DNA from: Nymphaea colorata
Taxonomy: Eukaryota
NCBI RefSeq assembly: GCF_008831285.2
Contig: NC_045138.2
Location: 310,001 to 374,000, forward strand
DNA length: 64,000 nt
Direction: 5' to 3'
Below are positions 63,233 to 64,000 of this stretch, piece by piece. Under the pieces are notes generated by a model. That model was not told where the DNA came from, ran no database searches, and worked only from the letters and a program-made list of their open reading frames with translations. Both the position numbers and the translations under genes were made by a program. How positions within the stretch are numbered: the first letter of the stretch is position 1; each line of letters begins with the position of its first letter.

Positions 63233-64000
63233 GGCATTATCCAAAATATTCTCACAAAAAGAAAAAATTATGCATTGACTAGAGTGCTTTGAAAAGGAAA
63301 TCTGCTACAATACTTGCTGAGTCTACTTGTTGTTCAACCAACCATCTTCTCCTCTTCATTTTCAACAGTACTGCATTGATGTGGGCAGCATGGCATTATG
63401 GAAGCTTGAGAACTTGAAACTCTTCATTGGTCAACACATAAACTTTTCAAACTTAATTAATCACTTTTGGGTCTCATAGAAATTAAGACCAGCAATCCAC
63501 CAACCAAATGGTGTTCATTCATGATAAAAGGACAGATCTAGTGGTTATCATATATTCCGTTCAATGGGAACGGCTGGACGTGCACCGCATGAACCGGCCG
63601 TCCGGTCTAAAGCTGACAGTACAATAAAAAATGACAAAAGCCTTCTTACCAATTCTTATCATTTGCAATTCTCAATTACAAGACCTCTATAGAGATATGT
63701 ACATATACAAAAGTTTGAATCCGCCATATATATATATATATATAAAGTGAGCCAGCACCAGTACACTATAATAAGATTTTTGTTTGGTGATGTGGGCAAT
63801 TGCCCACACCAGCCTACAGGTAGCTCCGCCACTGGTTGTAGTGTAGGTAGTCGGGCTAGCGGTTGGTAAGAGTTGGATCATCAATTTTATTCTTATGGTT
63901 GTTATGTATCTAAACAGCAAACAATGACAATACAATCCTCTAATTGATAGGTATACTATGGGTTTACACAAACTTTAAAGCGGCCTTAAACCATATAAAG

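Larger units (their letters stand above)
59714..64000. repeat. Local duplication of non-coding blocks
   Basis: Block X ~59714-60058 matches ~63051-63726 (with insertions). Block Y ~60440-60680 matches ~62113-62352. Block Z ~61326-61451 matches ~63855-63997. All are in direct orientation and diverged. Confidence 0.85.

Overview
Plant (angiosperm) nuclear DNA: AT-rich, with spliceosomal GT-AG introns and many (TA)n/(GA)n microsatellites and MITEs. The species cannot be fixed from this window. The left half (1-31.7 kb) holds five genes: the last three exons of a GH28 polygalacturonase-family gene (+), PsaN (3 exons, -), a 17-exon cytosolic methionyl-tRNA synthetase (-), and two tandem 7-exon paralogs of the isocitrate lyase/PEP mutase (ICL/PEPM) superfamily, petal-death-protein (PDP)/2,3-dimethylmalate lyase (DMML)-like (both -). 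The right half (31.7-64 kb) has no intact gene that I can support. It contains a decayed Ty1/copia element, an L1 RT fragment, several MITE families, a possible SINE and locally duplicated non-coding blocks. The best lead is the upstream lyase paralog (27546-31490). It differs from its neighbour at two active-site positions: Pro->Ser at the position that marks oxaloacetate acetylhydrolase activity, and Glu->Asp in FVEAP. It also has a mitochondrial-type presequence and a TATA + G-box promoter. It is therefore a candidate neofunctionalised, possibly mitochondrial, oxalate-forming C-C lyase. This is an inference and needs alignment and biochemistry.
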